A DNA stretch of 64,000 nt from NCBI GenBank assembly GCA_946965045.2, contig OX337235.1, forward strand, positions 3,038,001-3,102,000, in the 5' to 3' direction. The position numbers and the translations under genes were made by a program. The notes below the pieces were generated by a model, which saw only the letters and a list, made by a program, of their open reading frames with translations, was not told the origin of the DNA and ran no database searches. This DNA is from Epithemia pelagica. Its lineage: Eukaryota > Protista > Bacillariophyta. Below, in pieces: positions 19,175-31,720 of the stretch; the stretch's first letter is position 1; every line of letters begins with the position of its first letter.

Positions 19175-20789
19175 ATGAGCCAAGAAGCTGATTATCGCAT
19201 CCGCGATCTGCAGATCGAAGTAAACCTTCTTCCCAGCAACAGCAATAGCCCTAGAAACGACTCCGACGCTCCAAAGATTACGCAGTCCACCACGATCTCG
19301 ACGAACGAGTCGCCATCGTTTTCCTTCAGCAGTGCAACTGAATCGTTTGAGTTGAAGACACCAACGGATCAGCCCACCAAGCCAGAGTCCTACGAAACTA
19401 TGAGTCTAACTCCCACCATGAAGATTCCCATCGACCAAGCTCACGAGAAAATCAAGGAAGATGGTATTCTCAAATTGAATTGGGTAAAGAAACACCATGT
19501 TCGTTGCATCTACTTCCTTTATGGAATTGGTTACGCTCGTGACGACAACAACGACACACGCGTCGAGAAGATAAAAAAGATGATAGTCCCGGCAAAAGCA
19601 TTCGAGCGCCTGAAAAGTATTGCGGTGTCCGAATTACAAGACAAGGTCATGCTCGGTGCAGGAGCGTTTGAGAAGTACCTTCGTTTCGCCTCTACGGTGC
19701 GAATTGTCTTCAAAAAGAAGAATGCAGGCGGCGGATTCCCTCGGGAAGCCGTGCTTCGCACCCAAAAGAGCCGTAATTGCTATTTGACTAGTGCCTGTGT
19801 TTGGGCCACTCTGCAGAGTCAATTCGATTTACCTGGAAATGATAAAGCCTGCCAGCTCCCTGACATTTCACAAGTTGCGCGTCGTCATATCTTGGACGAA
19901 GACGTGGGAGCTGCAAGTTTCGACAGACGCTTGGAGGATCGTGTGGTTCATGACAGAGGGTACTCCTCGTAAGCTTGCTCAAAAGCTTGTCGGCCGGGAG
20001 GGATCACAAGAAGCAGCATGGCGAATAATCATGCTAGACTCGGGCGAAAAAACCAAAGACAAAGTGGACTATGCTTTGATTGAGAGCGAAAACAACATAC
20101 TCTCTACTTACATCGAGGCCCTTGTTGGAAAACAACACAAGATTGGCCTCGTTACAAACTTTCGCGTTGCAAAACCATTTCGAACAGCCTCAGAGAAAGA
20201 GACGTCTGGAATTGGGTACTGGAAGTTTGATGGCGACAACATTGATACACAAGGCGAGTTTGTAAACCTGCCCGAAGACGAGGATTGCGGAACGGAAAAG
20301 ACCAGACTCTCGAAACTCTGGAACAAACAGATGAAAGACATAAAAGCTGAAAAAGACTTTCGCAAAGCATCGTTGGATGGTCTCTTTCCGGACAGTATGT
20401 TCAAAAATTCTGTAGAGGAAGAGGGAAATGATGAAGAGCGCCTCGACCAGAATTCTCCTGGGCGAAATGATCAAGCGCAAGACCCCAAGCATTCCATGGT
20501 CCTTCTTGGCACGGTCCGAGAAACGAGTCGTCTTCCGAGTGGCTTTGGAAAAGAGGAAGAGAGGGTGTTCTTCGTTCTGTTGAACTCGTGGGGAAATATG
20601 CCGTGTGTTTTGGTGTCGATCGAGTATTTGCGTGCATGCGGCGCATATGTAAATTTCATTCACAAACGACTAGACCAAGTTCCTGAGCTGGAGCGAAATT
20701 TCCGTTTGGCTGGAGAATGCAGCTTTCACGAAGATGGTGGGGACGACTCTTATTTCACAAGTTGGGAAAAGGAGGAAGACGATTATTAG
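19175..20789 (+). pseudogene. Second copy of the papain-like peptidase, frameshifted
   Basis: 2-bp deletion near 19965 (GGGTACTCTGCTCG in copy 1 vs GGGTACTCCTCG) splits it into ORFs 19001-19972 and 19791-20789. Confidence 0.9.
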
Positions 20790-21783
20790 CCTTGAACTCG
20801 AGGGAAGCAACCACAGAGCCATGTTTGTGTGTAATGCGAGTAGGCTAACACCAACACGGTTCGTCAAATCGGTAAGAGTCCCAATATTGGCATGTCTTGT
20901 GAATCCAGTTGCAAGGCTGAGTTTTGGGGATCATCGGAGAAATCCTAATTTGACATGTCTAGTACAAGATTTATAAAAAAGTTTACTTGATGATACGCGT
21001 TAGTCGCAGGTGTGCGATTATCACGGCGACGTTGTTGCTCGCCCACTCGTTGCGCTGTACTTAGAGTGACTTGATTAGATCACCGGATCACCAATCGCTC
21101 TTCGTTCATACTAGACCAGGTCACCTTGTATTCGTCCCGCTCCCTGACAGTCCCAATATTGTCACTGACCATGGCTGCATTGGTTTTAGCAGTGGACGAA
21201 AGTGGTCCATCAACAATGACCAATCTTATCCATGGATGCCTTTCGTCCCGCGAGAATGATACCACTACGACCAAAACTGCCAAAGAATGCATCGCTAGAG
21301 CTTTGCCTCACTGTGAAGGAAGTCAATAGACATGAGTTCCCGGTTTTGTGGTCGTGGCGCACTCAGTGACGATGAAAATACTTTGTTTGAATCCGTTATT
21401 CATTGTCAAGACTCAATTCCGTACAACCTTTTGGATTGACCACTTTCACAGTCATCGGAGATTAGAACCATCAGCAATCCATTCAATTCTTTAAAAGAGA
21501 GTACTGGTGTGACCTGAGCGATTGCTCATCTCCTTCCTTTTCTCTCGCGTTTGGTGTGACTTGGGTTTCCAACACCTTTCTTTTGAGACCTGAACCCTAC
21601 CGGAAAGCTCTGGAAAGCGATACTTTTGAAGACTATAGGCGTACATATCGAATTGTGAAATTACATCATGGTTAACATATAATATATGCTGGAGGAACAA
21701 AACTGGTACCTCAGTTTTCCCCTGTAAATCATATACAACGTTGTATCTTGTCTGGTTTTCATTCCACACACTTATTCTGTCAT

Positions 21784-22833
21784 TTAAACGTTTTCGTCTT
21801 CGGGAGGTGTGTCATCGCTGTTTTGGGAGCGGACCGCATGATTTGGTGGTGCATATACTTTTGCGTCGCCCTCACTGCTGTCATCGTCCGAAATGGAGAC
21901 CACATCGGCATTGATATACTCTCCAGGCTTTCGCAGCTCGGCTTGTAACGAGACTTCGCTCAAATCTTCCTTCTCGATGCGGAGTCTGGCATAGAGAGCG
22001 AATCGGAGAATGGCTTGAAAGGGCAAAAAGAGAATGGTCGGGATGGTAACAACCGTAATGTAGCCAGCCAGTGTGGGGAAAATGTGGTAGTTGATGAACA
22101 CGTAGATAAAGAGATCAGCCATCATGAGTCGTATGAAACCGAGGGGGAAGATAAAGTTGAACATGAAGTAAATGCGTTCTTTGGCAAGTTTCCAGGATCG
22201 CTTGACGGAAGCAGAACTTCCTTCGTTTTCCACAATAATGGACGTGAAGAAGAGGAAGGGCCCCGTGATAATGTGCATAAAGGGGAAGGCAAAGAACAGA
22301 CCCACCAAACACCTCAAGAGACCCGACACCTTGTCTGAAAGCCCTGGAATGGCCGCAATACCAAAGTCGACCATGCAGAACACGACAAAGACGAAGAACA
22401 CTTCAAGGTAGATTTGCACACCAGCATATGCCGCCCTTGGGGCCGCTCGAAGACCTGTTCTGAGGTTACTTTCGATGGAGGGCCAAAATCTCACTGTGTT
22501 TTCGGCGTAGAGATCAGCCGTGAGCCGAATCATGGCTCCTTCTCCCACCATGGACATCAAAAACATGAGGACCATAATGCAGAAGCGGAAGATGAAATAG
22601 TAGTATCCGTTGAACAGAACGTCCGAAAAGAGCGCATCACCCGGGAAGAAATAGAGGATGAGTTGCACAAAGGCGAGAGGAATCAACGTGGACAGCGACA
22701 AGAGAGCGTATTCTCGGAATCGGGCTGTGAACAAGTGGTAGCCCAGCGCCAGTATGTGCATGCTCTTGACATCATCGTCGACTGCGGCGAGGGCGTCGTT
22801 TTTGGATCGTTCCTTTGATTTAGTCTTGGCCAT
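21784..22833 (-). CDS. Multi-pass membrane protein, GDPD membrane-domain/DUF7544-like family (paralog 1)
   Basis: About 6 TM helices; IIVENEGSSASVKRSWKL motif; ATG at 22833 (ORF open from 22899). Confidence 0.75.
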   Translation of the reverse strand: MAKTKSKERSKNDALAAVDDDVKSMHILALGYHLFTARFREYALLSLSTLIPLAFVQLILYFFPGDALFSDVLFNGYYYFIFRFCIMVLMFLMSMVGEGAMIRLTADLYAENTVRFWPSIESNLRTGLRAAPRAAYAGVQIYLEVFFVFVVFCMVDFGIAAIPGLSDKVSGLLRCLVGLFFAFPFMHIITGPFLFFTSIIVENEGSSASVKRSWKLAKERIYFMFNFIFPLGFIRLMMADLFIYVFINYHIFPTLAGYITVVTIPTILFLPFQAILRFALYARLRIEKEDLSEVSLQAELRKPGEYINADVVSISDDDSSEGDAKVYAPPNHAVRSQNSDDTPPEDENV

Positions 22834-23718
22834 GGTTAGGGTGATTTCGTTGTTCAAAGTCAGCTGCAGCAACGCTTGTTGTGTTTGTAGACGAAACACA
22901 GTGGATCCCTGAACTATCTGCCACGATCTGGTGTATATTGTTCAACGCATTGTGAACGACTGTCGACTTAACCAGCCAACGGACAAACTCTAAATAGCCA
23001 CTGGAACTGGTACGACGTTCAGGATTGCCGGATCGTCAGGGTATCGCTAATTACGAGCTGGCATCAGGATTTGCTACTCCAGTCCATGGTGTGGAAGCAT
23101 GGACTGTGATTGTAACGATCCTCAAGGTGCATCTTGCGAGTTTGTTCCTGTATCAAACTCTGCGATCCGTTGAGGATGCGACCCGTTCAACGGACAAAAC
23201 TCCGCCGTTCCCATCTCGCAAACGCAACATCCGATGCGACAAAGGACAAAGGGTTCGATGGCGATGTCCCCCGAATCTCAACGCATAATCATTGTTGTGG
23301 GGGAAATAACGTCTGAATCTTTTTGGTCTTGCCTTTATCATAATAATACTCTGTGATTGGCTGGCGTGGGAATTTCGCGCCAACCGACTACCCGTTCCGT
23401 CCAAAATCCGGTTCCTTCACTATGAGAGATGCGAAAAGAGACTGTGACACAGACGGAAGTATTGCGTCCTTCACGGATGTGACACAGGCCACCGATTGCC
23501 CGTACGTTGAGGCGGTGATGGTACGACGAGACTGTGAACGGGTCGGGCCATTGCAGATAGTGAGGCGCTGAAACCTTCTATGAGTACTACCTGTGGAAAC
23601 ATAGTCAATTCGATTCCTCTTTCAAACATTACCGATTGAGGCGTGGATGAGAGAGGCAACGGTTTGTGTCGACAAATTCATAGAAGGCACTCGCTGAAAC
23701 GATTTGTTTATTCTAGAA

Positions 23719-24810
23719 TTACGCCTTTTCTGTCGTACTTTCTAGCGAGACTTCGTCGAAACGCACGTACGTTAGATTATCCGGCCAGCCGAGGCAGTTC
23801 AGAAAGAGCTGGTAGTCGTCGTCCACCTTGTCTGCATTGACCGTGCTGGTGACGCGGCCGTTCGAAACAAACAACTTGGTCGACCCGTCGCTCTGACGAA
23901 TTACTTCGACGATAACCGGGGAGAGGGACAACTTGGTGCTGCAGTCGTCGAGCTGGACATTGCCATTCTCGAGGACTTGGTACACATGAGTCACTCCGTC
24001 GGGACCCGCGCGACGGTTCGGCTTCCCACCAAAGCCGCCACCGCCCAAGCCTCCGAGCCCACCAAAGCCGCCAAAGCGACCCATGCCACCCATCATCGCT
24101 TCAAAGTCAATGAATGACTGCCACTGGACGCCATTCTCAATGTCGGTAGTCATTTCGCCGCGCGAAAACATTTGTTCCTTTCCGCAACCATACTTGACAA
24201 TCCCAACTCCAAAATTGAGTTGTTCGGAAAGGGCGTAGTTTCCGTGACAATGAGTAACCCAAGTGGAGATTGTGGCCTTGAAGGACGCGCCTTTGGCGAT
24301 CGGGATTGCAAGCGAAAGAGACAGTCCACACTTGTCGTCTCCAACGAGGATGCATTGCGAGTCCGCCACCTCTTGCGTGAGCCGCGTTCCGCCCATGATC
24401 CGAACTTCGTCCTTGCGGAAAAAGTCGGAGAAGTCCTTCGGGAGAATCTCGAACTGCTCACATTCCGAATGGTCGTAACAGTGCTTCGCAATCGCGCGTC
24501 CAGCCAGACGGAAGGGCAACTGGATCTCCGGTTTTGGAGGGTATGGCTTCTTGGCATCATCATCTTCTTCATTCGTGTTGTCAGCATTCGTGTTCGCCTT
24601 GTCCTCGTCTATAGCCTCTGCCTTACGTTTGCCGTCTTCGTTTGGCGTTTCCGGCCCGGCACTGGGTTGCTTGTCTTCGGCATTGTCGTTTGCCATCGGG
24701 GTGAGATTCGCCTTGTCCTGGTCTATAGCCTCTGCCTTACGTTTGCCGTCTTCGTTTGGCGTTTCCGGTACGGCACTGGGTTTCTTGTCTTCGGAATTGT
24801 CGTCGGCCAT
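23719..24810 (-). CDS. Hypothetical protein (363 aa): duplicated acidic N-terminus, beta-rich C-terminal domain with a Gly/Phe-rich loop
   Basis: Intact ORF; 38-aa N-terminal repeat; GGMGRFGGFGGLGGLGGGGFGG insert. Confidence 0.75.
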   Translation of the reverse strand: MADDNSEDKKPSAVPETPNEDGKRKAEAIDQDKANLTPMANDNAEDKQPSAGPETPNEDGKRKAEAIDEDKANTNADNTNEEDDDAKKPYPPKPEIQLPFRLAGRAIAKHCYDHSECEQFEILPKDFSDFFRKDEVRIMGGTRLTQEVADSQCILVGDDKCGLSLSLAIPIAKGASFKATISTWVTHCHGNYALSEQLNFGVGIVKYGCGKEQMFSRGEMTTDIENGVQWQSFIDFEAMMGGMGRFGGFGGLGGLGGGGFGGKPNRRAGPDGVTHVYQVLENGNVQLDDCSTKLSLSPVIVEVIRQSDGSTKLFVSNGRVTSTVNADKVDDDYQLFLNCLGWPDNLTYVRFDEVSLESTTEKA

Positions 24811-24823
24811 CGGGGTGAGATTC
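24593..24823. repeat. 114-bp tandem duplication covering the start codon and 5' leader of the 23719-24810 gene
   Basis: TTCGCCTTGTCC... at 24593 and 24707; CATCGGGGTGAGATTC at 24694 and 24808. Confidence 0.92.
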
Positions 24824-26091
24824 TATGAGAGGTTCAACTCAATGTATACTAAATTCACGATAACTTCGGGTAGGGAGGCAACTTGAGGCAACCGAGGTGA
24901 TCAAGCTCTTTGCAACAAGTTGGCTGTGCGTTGTACTAGTAGGCTGAAGACAATACGAGTTGCTTTGGACAACTTTCTTATATTGTGAGCTTTTACCTAG
25001 AATGACTGTGGTTGATTCCTTGTCCAAGCGATGCTACGCTCCGCATAGCACATGAAGTGAAATTTCTGGCGGGAATGTTTCGTTCGTTACACGTCTCTTT
25101 ACTTTCGGACGTTGACTCTGTGCTAATGGGAGTAGCTTCGGCGTGTGTTCGATAGTGGTAGATGACATAGCTAGGATGGTAATGCAGTTGGTTTCGCGGT
25201 CGGCATTTACTGTTCATTTCGACAAGTTGGGGTTTATCCGTGAAGCTTTCATGTGAAGTTGGCACATCGTACGGGTTTGTTCGACAAACTTTTCTGGAGA
25301 AAGAACCGCTGGCATAACTTGGTAAATCTATGGCCCTTGACTCTCTCAATTTTTCACGCTTCGCGTATAGTACCCAGAATGGTCGGTGTACTCGCCGGTC
25401 ACTTGCTTCAGCAGTAAAGTATAATTCGCACCAGACGAACGGTACGGTGCACCGGTAGGACTCGCGCTGATAGTCGCGAATGTCGGTACTGCCCACCCGA
25501 ATGGTGCCGCCTTTGGAACGACCGATGGGATGGGAACTACCCATTCAAACAAGGGAGCATTGCTCTTAGGTTGATGTGTTCGTAGTATCGCGATAGTCGT
25601 CCGTCATCATCATCTTCACTCTTCGCGTGCAAAGAACAAACTCCGCCTGTATAATTCGAAATGCCACGACCCTATAATCCCCACCACGGATCACAGAAAG
25701 GAGACGGACTCTCGAATAGAACGAATAAGAAAAGAGTAAGGCTACTAAGACCGAGCCATTTTCCCCTTGTCTACTCTAAAACATCCCCACTACACCCAGA
25801 AGAAGACTAGTACAATGCGATACAAACAAACTTTCTTAGAAGTATTCTATGCAAATCACAAGTACATTTTGATGTAATGTTTTCGTGTCATCTGCGAATG
25901 TATCCGCAAACTGAACAAGATACCTTTCAAAACCGTTTTCCGGAGCAACGAATACCCGCCACTTCCCATCATGTCAGCGTGCTCCCCATTCGTCAGTATA
26001 AATAATAACGACGACCACAATAACAACAACTTTCATGCCAAGAGCAGCTTCAGTCTGCCTTTTCTTCCTTGGAGTCCTCGTCATCATTCAT

Positions 26092-27255
26092 TTACTCGCC
26101 AGCCTCGACGTAGTCACCTTTGGATTCAATGTCGTCATCTTGCAAAAAGTCGTCTTGAAGCAATCCAGCGGCTTGTAGATACCGTCCATCCTCGGACAAG
26201 TCTTGAAGCAAGATTTTTTCATTCAATCCTTCGACTTCAGCGCGAATGTTCATGTATAGAACGACACGAATATTTGCCTGCAGCGGCAAAAAGAGCAGGG
26301 CGGGGAAGAAGTAGATAAAGATGAATCCGACCATTCCAATGTCTCCTTGTTCTTCCAGTATACCCTTGATCAAGTCCGAGAGTATGTAACGGGCTGAGGA
26401 AAACAAAAAGTTTGTCACAAAGACATAAAAGATGCGTTCTCGGGTAAGTTCCCACGATCGCTTGATGGAGTCCACTGGTCCCCAGTTCTCGACCACAATG
26501 GTAGGAAAGACGAGGAGGCTAATGGCCCAGAGACCAAAAAATCCCAAGAAGAATCCCAAGTAAATGGCAATCAAGAAGATGACCAATATAGAATCGAATG
26601 ATATCAGTCCAATGAGCATTTCCACCAACCCAAAGAGGAAGCACAAGGCGACACTGGCCAGAAACAAGACAATGGCCGCCATGGACATTTTGCAAATATA
26701 CTGGCTGCTTGCTCTCACATCATTGGAGAGTGAGCCTCGATTTATGTTGGCGTAGAGCTTGACTCCGATCCCAATCATGGTTGCTTCGCCTGGCAAAAAT
26801 ACCAAGAAGAGAATCAACTCGGCCAAAGCCAGTTTCAATCCGGTGATTGCCAATTGACTTTTCATAAAGATTTGATCTTCCCAGTCTCCAAAGGTGGGCG
26901 CAACATCTTCTTCCCAGTACACGACACCATAGAAGGCACCGGCCCCCACCAGACCTCCTGGAATCATCATGATAATGGTCAACACAATGTAGGCGGCATA
27001 TCGTGCCATGAACATGTCAAAGCACCGGGCAAAGACTTGACAAATCCCCGTGGGTGCAAACCAATCATGCTGTGCATCCTCAAAGTCATCTCCTCGCATG
27101 GATACATCCGTGTCCGACTCTCCTCCACCCGAATCATTGTCATGGACGAGGGCCGCCATGGCCCCCTCTTCCTCCACGACCAGTTTGTCCTTGAGCAAAC
27201 CATCGCCTTGTGGTGGTGTCTTGTCAGCAACCTTGGGAAGGTCGTCAGAACTCAT
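26092..27255 (-). CDS. Multi-pass membrane protein, GDPD membrane-domain/DUF7544-like family (paralog 2)
   Basis: PTIVVENWGPVDSIKRSWELT motif; same TM layout as paralogs 1 and 3. Confidence 0.78.
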   Translation of the reverse strand: MSSDDLPKVADKTPPQGDGLLKDKLVVEEEGAMAALVHDNDSGGGESDTDVSMRGDDFEDAQHDWFAPTGICQVFARCFDMFMARYAAYIVLTIIMMIPGGLVGAGAFYGVVYWEEDVAPTFGDWEDQIFMKSQLAITGLKLALAELILFLVFLPGEATMIGIGVKLYANINRGSLSNDVRASSQYICKMSMAAIVLFLASVALCFLFGLVEMLIGLISFDSILVIFLIAIYLGFFLGFFGLWAISLLVFPTIVVENWGPVDSIKRSWELTRERIFYVFVTNFLFSSARYILSDLIKGILEEQGDIGMVGFIFIYFFPALLFLPLQANIRVVLYMNIRAEVEGLNEKILLQDLSEDGRYLQAAGLLQDDFLQDDDIESKGDYVEAGE

Positions 27256-28354
27256 GGTGATACAATAATGAAGGGGTGTTCTTTTGTTGTGTCTCTCCTC
27301 ACTCGTTGAGTTCGTTCCCTTTTTGGTGATGTTGATTTGACATTTTTTGACACCACCGATGGAGAGAGACCCGATGCGCCCGCAGTCCGTCCGTTTCCGT
27401 TGGGTGCTGCCTAATCAATGAAATCTAACCGACACTGGCGAGACAATCAGCGAGACGTTGAAGTGTCGCAACACGTATCCATCGTACAGTAAGCTTCTTA
27501 TAACGGAATTGTTTGTGTAGAGAATATAAATTCAGTGTCATGAATACTTAAATTAGGTACATGCGGCAGGTCGAGATTTTGACTTATAGTAATGTACGAA
27601 AGAAGCCTCCTTATGCTTGTTACGCGAGCCGAATGGTCCAAAGCGCGGGGCGAGCATGACTTCCGGACTACTGAGACACTGGATCGAATCTTGCTACCCG
27701 CCTCTTCCTCTTCCGATAGCCTTTCGTTTCGACAATCTCTTCAAGCACTCATCTCTCCTCTATTACCATCGATTTAGCTCTAGAAACTGCCTATTATATA
27801 CCTCTGGAACATTGTTCATGGATGGAACCAAGAATCGCCGGCTCGCTCACCCTCTTTGGGGCTTTCAAACATACAAGTACGACTATAATATATTGTACGT
27901 TAAATACAATTTTTAGTTGGACTCCTACTTCTCCAAGCCTTTGGTCGCCACTGTCAAGTGAATCCTTCGAGTAGGGAAATAAATCGTTCGACCATAGGAT
28001 GCATAACGACAATAATGGAAGATAGAAGAGCCGAGCGGTGAACGGTTGGAGCGGATGACTATTCTTTTTGGGTTTGGGGTATGCGGCAATCCGTTTTTGG
28101 TGGGGGGCCGAATCGCCCCCAAAAGTAACAACCTATAGCTATTGAGTACAAAAATCTAAGAACACGTCAATCGCTAGTACTGACGTCAAGCGCTGAAGTT
28201 TAGGGCACCAGTGGAAGCAATCTTTCGTTCGTGCTGATTCTCACCCAATACACCACACCAAGAGCCAAACAGCGGACCGAGAGACACACCTCTGTCGACT
28301 TGACAGATACAAGAGGGTCAAGGACTTTGGAATCGTTCCGTCACGATCCCCATC

Positions 28355-28361
28355 ATGCAGG

Positions 28362-28392
<31 letters not shown>

Positions 28393-29569
28393 TACCATGC
28401 CGCAATCCCAATCATGGTTTGAGCATTTGAGTTTGGGTCGCGTTCTGTCGCGAACTTTGAATTTGTTTGTGGACCGGTACCAACTGTTTATGACTTTATC
28501 GGCCATGGTATGGATTCCAGCAGCAATTGTGGGATGGATGGTCGGTTTGATACTGATTGTTTCCGTCTTGTCGGCAGCTCGTCAAGCCGTACAAACAATG
28601 GATGACAGCAGCGACAGTAGCAATTCCGATGACAATTTTTGGAAATTGATGCAGGTGGTCATGCAACATGCCGGAGTCGTGACCACGGCCATTGTGGTAC
28701 AAGTCGTCCTGACGACAGCCATTACCTTGGTGGGTCAATATGGCATGGTCCGGGCCTGTGCCAATGTCTATGTGGGACAAGTCCAAGACTGGCGCACCTG
28801 TTTGGAATTAGGCCAGCAACATTTGAAAACCACCGTTTTGACCTATGCGATTCCCATGGGTGCCGTGATTGGAGGCTTTGTGATACTCTGTCTCTTTTTG
28901 GGCCTGGCCGTGGCGCGTCCCACGGCGTTTCTCATCTTGCTCGCCCTTGTGGTAATTGTCGCAGTGGTCGTGGCCTGTGTCTATGTGGCCATGTCCCTCG
29001 TCTTGGTCTTGCCCGTGTTGGTGGTGGAAGCCAACAACAAGACACCCATGGACGTTTTGCGTCGGTCCCATGAATTGAGTCAAGGGCGTCGGTGTTATTT
29101 GGCCTGTCCACTCTTTCTCTTGTATGTGCTGCGATGGATTGTCGAACAAATTTTGCACAACCTCTTGTCCGGATCCAATCATCCCTTGGCCAGTGTCTTA
29201 CAGCCCGGTGCCATTGTCGTGGCCAAACTCCCCGATGTTTTGTTCATGCCCCTCTGTGCCATTTTGACCATGGTCTTGTACATTAGTATTCGGGCCGATC
29301 AAGAAGGATTGACCCAAGACGTGTTGCAACGAGAATTGGTCCAACCCCTGGCCTATACGGCACCCACGGGCAGTAATGGTGCACCCAATCTCGATTATCG
29401 TCAAGTGGCCTTGGTCGAAGAAGGAGACGATGATGATCACGACTTGTCCTTGCAACCATCCTCCCAACAACAACAACAACAACACCCATATCCTCCCAGC
29501 AACAACATCGATTTGCAGGGGGATGATGAATCGGTGGTGGTGCAAGGAACCATTAGTGAATTTGCCTAA
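28355..29569 (+). CDS. Multi-pass membrane protein, GDPD membrane-domain/DUF7544-like family (paralog 3)
   Basis: PVLVVEANNKTPMDVLRRSHEL motif; LYISIRADQEGL matches LYMNIRAEVEGL and LYARLRIEKEDL of the paralogs. Confidence 0.78.
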
Positions 29570-30669
29570 GAAGAATACTACTAGGTATAGAGAGTACCCG
29601 TTTGTGTGTATGTATCTATATATCGCTTCTCTCTTTTGGGTGTGTGGGTTGGAAACGGACCACCATCCCAAGTTTTGGAAAGGGACAAGCAAGTAGAATG
29701 GGATCACAGGACTACACTACCAACGTGAACAACCCTCTCTCTTCGAATATAGGCATGTGCGGTTGAGAAATAGGATGGAGGGCACCGCAGCATGAAACGC
29801 CAATGGTATGGGAGTATCGGTTGGTGCAAGTTTCATCCATTTCGGAATCAGTGTTTTGGGACGACCAAGGCGAACTGAGCGAGTCTTGCAAAAGGAGTGG
29901 TGATCTTCAGTGTTGATTGGTTACCACCCTACACATCCTCACAATCAGGCACAAACAAGCAAATGCGGGGGCATTGGGAAACAACAGCCACATGGAAGAA
30001 AGACTAATCGTATCACGAAAGTTGAGAAACATTAAGTAGAAAGAGTTACTAGTTGCCCTTGCTTTGAGGCTGTTCGGGACATTAAATTCATGTTCTGTCC
30101 ACGCCACCACCCCCATCCTCGTCATTCTTGTACCACCCGTTTCAGTTGCATCCTAGCGCGTCTCTCATCCGTTCACTCGGAGAGAACAACTCGTCAAAAG
30201 ATGATTACAAATCTCTCACACAATCGGTCCAAGGAGGCACATCTCCATCTCGACGGAGGTTGTCAGGGGAGTGGCCAACACGTTACAAGTGACACAATCA
30301 AACAAGTCATTGAACAAGCTCATTTCTGGATTTGAATTGTTTTTCCAACTCGGTTCCACTGGGCAGAAAGAAAACCATGCCATGGAACGTGATTGAAACC
30401 ATTGCTACCACCTTAAAAATTTCGACGCATCAATACAAAAAACTCGTGTCCGTCGGGGATCTACAAAAACTCGTCTTGGTGCTCCATATACGAATATGCA
30501 TCTACTCCTTGTATTGAGCCATGACCACCGCAGCAACACAGAATGGCACAACGAAATAGCAGACAAAGAGACACAGTTTGTGATTTCGGGAATAATATGA
30601 CTCGAAAAACAACCGAGTTACCACACAACCAACAGCCGCCACAACCGAATGACCACACAACCAACCGGT

Positions 30670-31419
30670 TTACCACAGTCTCCATTGGGAGGAGGTGGAC
30701 GGAGAGTTTTGCGCTGGTTGTTGTTGTTGCTGTTGTTGTTCCACCAACCGGGCCTCATTGTGTGTGCGGCATGCCTGGAGGACTCGATGGTATTCTTGGA
30801 CGACCCATTCTTGAGGATCCCACGACGACGCAGCGTCTTGTGGTTGTGGTTGTTTGCGTTGTGTTTCCAGTGCCGTCAAAATCGTGGGCTCTTGACACAG
30901 AGCCGAGGCCAGGCGTGGGGACATGGCAATGCCGGCCATGGGTGCGAGGGGGTCGGCCTTCTTGTTGTTGGTGGTCGTAGGACTCCGAGTTTGTGGTTGT
31001 TCTTGTTCCAGTGTGGTGGCGAGTTTGTGCAAATGGGCTCGTGTTCCATACACCCATCCCACCAACAAACTGCCTTGCAAGGCCAGTGCCACATGCGTAA
31101 AGGTATAGCCAAAGTCCAAAATGGCATGTCGTTTCAAAATGGGAAACAAGCGACGGACGGGAATCAACCCCACACCAATCAAACTCCCGGCGACCAGACC
31201 TTCCACCAACCCTGGCATGATCTTCCAGGACGACCGTGCTGGTTGTGGGTCGCCAGTGGTGGGAGCTGCAGCCGCAGCCGTTTGTTGCTCGGCCTCGGAG
31301 AGCTTTTTATGTATCAAGTCCGCCAAGGTCGAGGCGGCTTTCAAGTCCGCCAAGGGATCTTCTTCTTCTGGTTGTTGTTGTTGTGGAGTGGTGATCTCGG
31401 TGGAGGAGGACGGGTCCAT
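30670..31419 (-). CDS. Hypothetical membrane protein (two TM helices, Gln-rich)
   Basis: ORF open from 31572, likely ATG 31419 (MDPSSSTE); two hydrophobic segments. Confidence 0.6.
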   Translation of the reverse strand: MDPSSSTEITTPQQQQPEEEDPLADLKAASTLADLIHKKLSEAEQQTAAAAAPTTGDPQPARSSWKIMPGLVEGLVAGSLIGVGLIPVRRLFPILKRHAILDFGYTFTHVALALQGSLLVGWVYGTRAHLHKLATTLEQEQPQTRSPTTTNNKKADPLAPMAGIAMSPRLASALCQEPTILTALETQRKQPQPQDAASSWDPQEWVVQEYHRVLQACRTHNEARLVEQQQQQQQPAQNSPSTSSQWRLW

Positions 31420-31720
31420 GATGGTGCTGTTGTGTCTTGATGTGGTTCTTTCTTTGTCTGCTTGGGTGCGCTGCTCTTTGTTGCTGCTGTAGTGGCAAAA
31501 GTGTGGCAATCTCGAAAAAGATTCGCTGCAGCAAAACCACCGCATGTGGCACACACATTTTATGCGATCCAAAAAGATACTCTACAGTGCCGCGTGGCAG
31601 ATATAATAATATTGTATGCGCGACCGCCTCTCGGAACGTCTCACCCATCGATTCGATGTCAACTCTCTTCTGTGGCAAGAATCCACAAAAAGACTCTAGA
31701 AGTCGAACCAAACCATCATC

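Larger units (their letters stand above)
15744..20995 (+). repeat. Segmental duplication copy 2, interrupted by a 3142-bp insertion at a TA
   Basis: 15744-15778 = 12282-12316; homology resumes at 18923 = 12317 and ends at 20995 = 14391. Confidence 0.93.

Noticed and set aside
24993-25552. Minus-strand ORFs of 183 and 68 aa
   Set aside because: No recognisable domain and stops upstream in all frames; at most a decayed gene.
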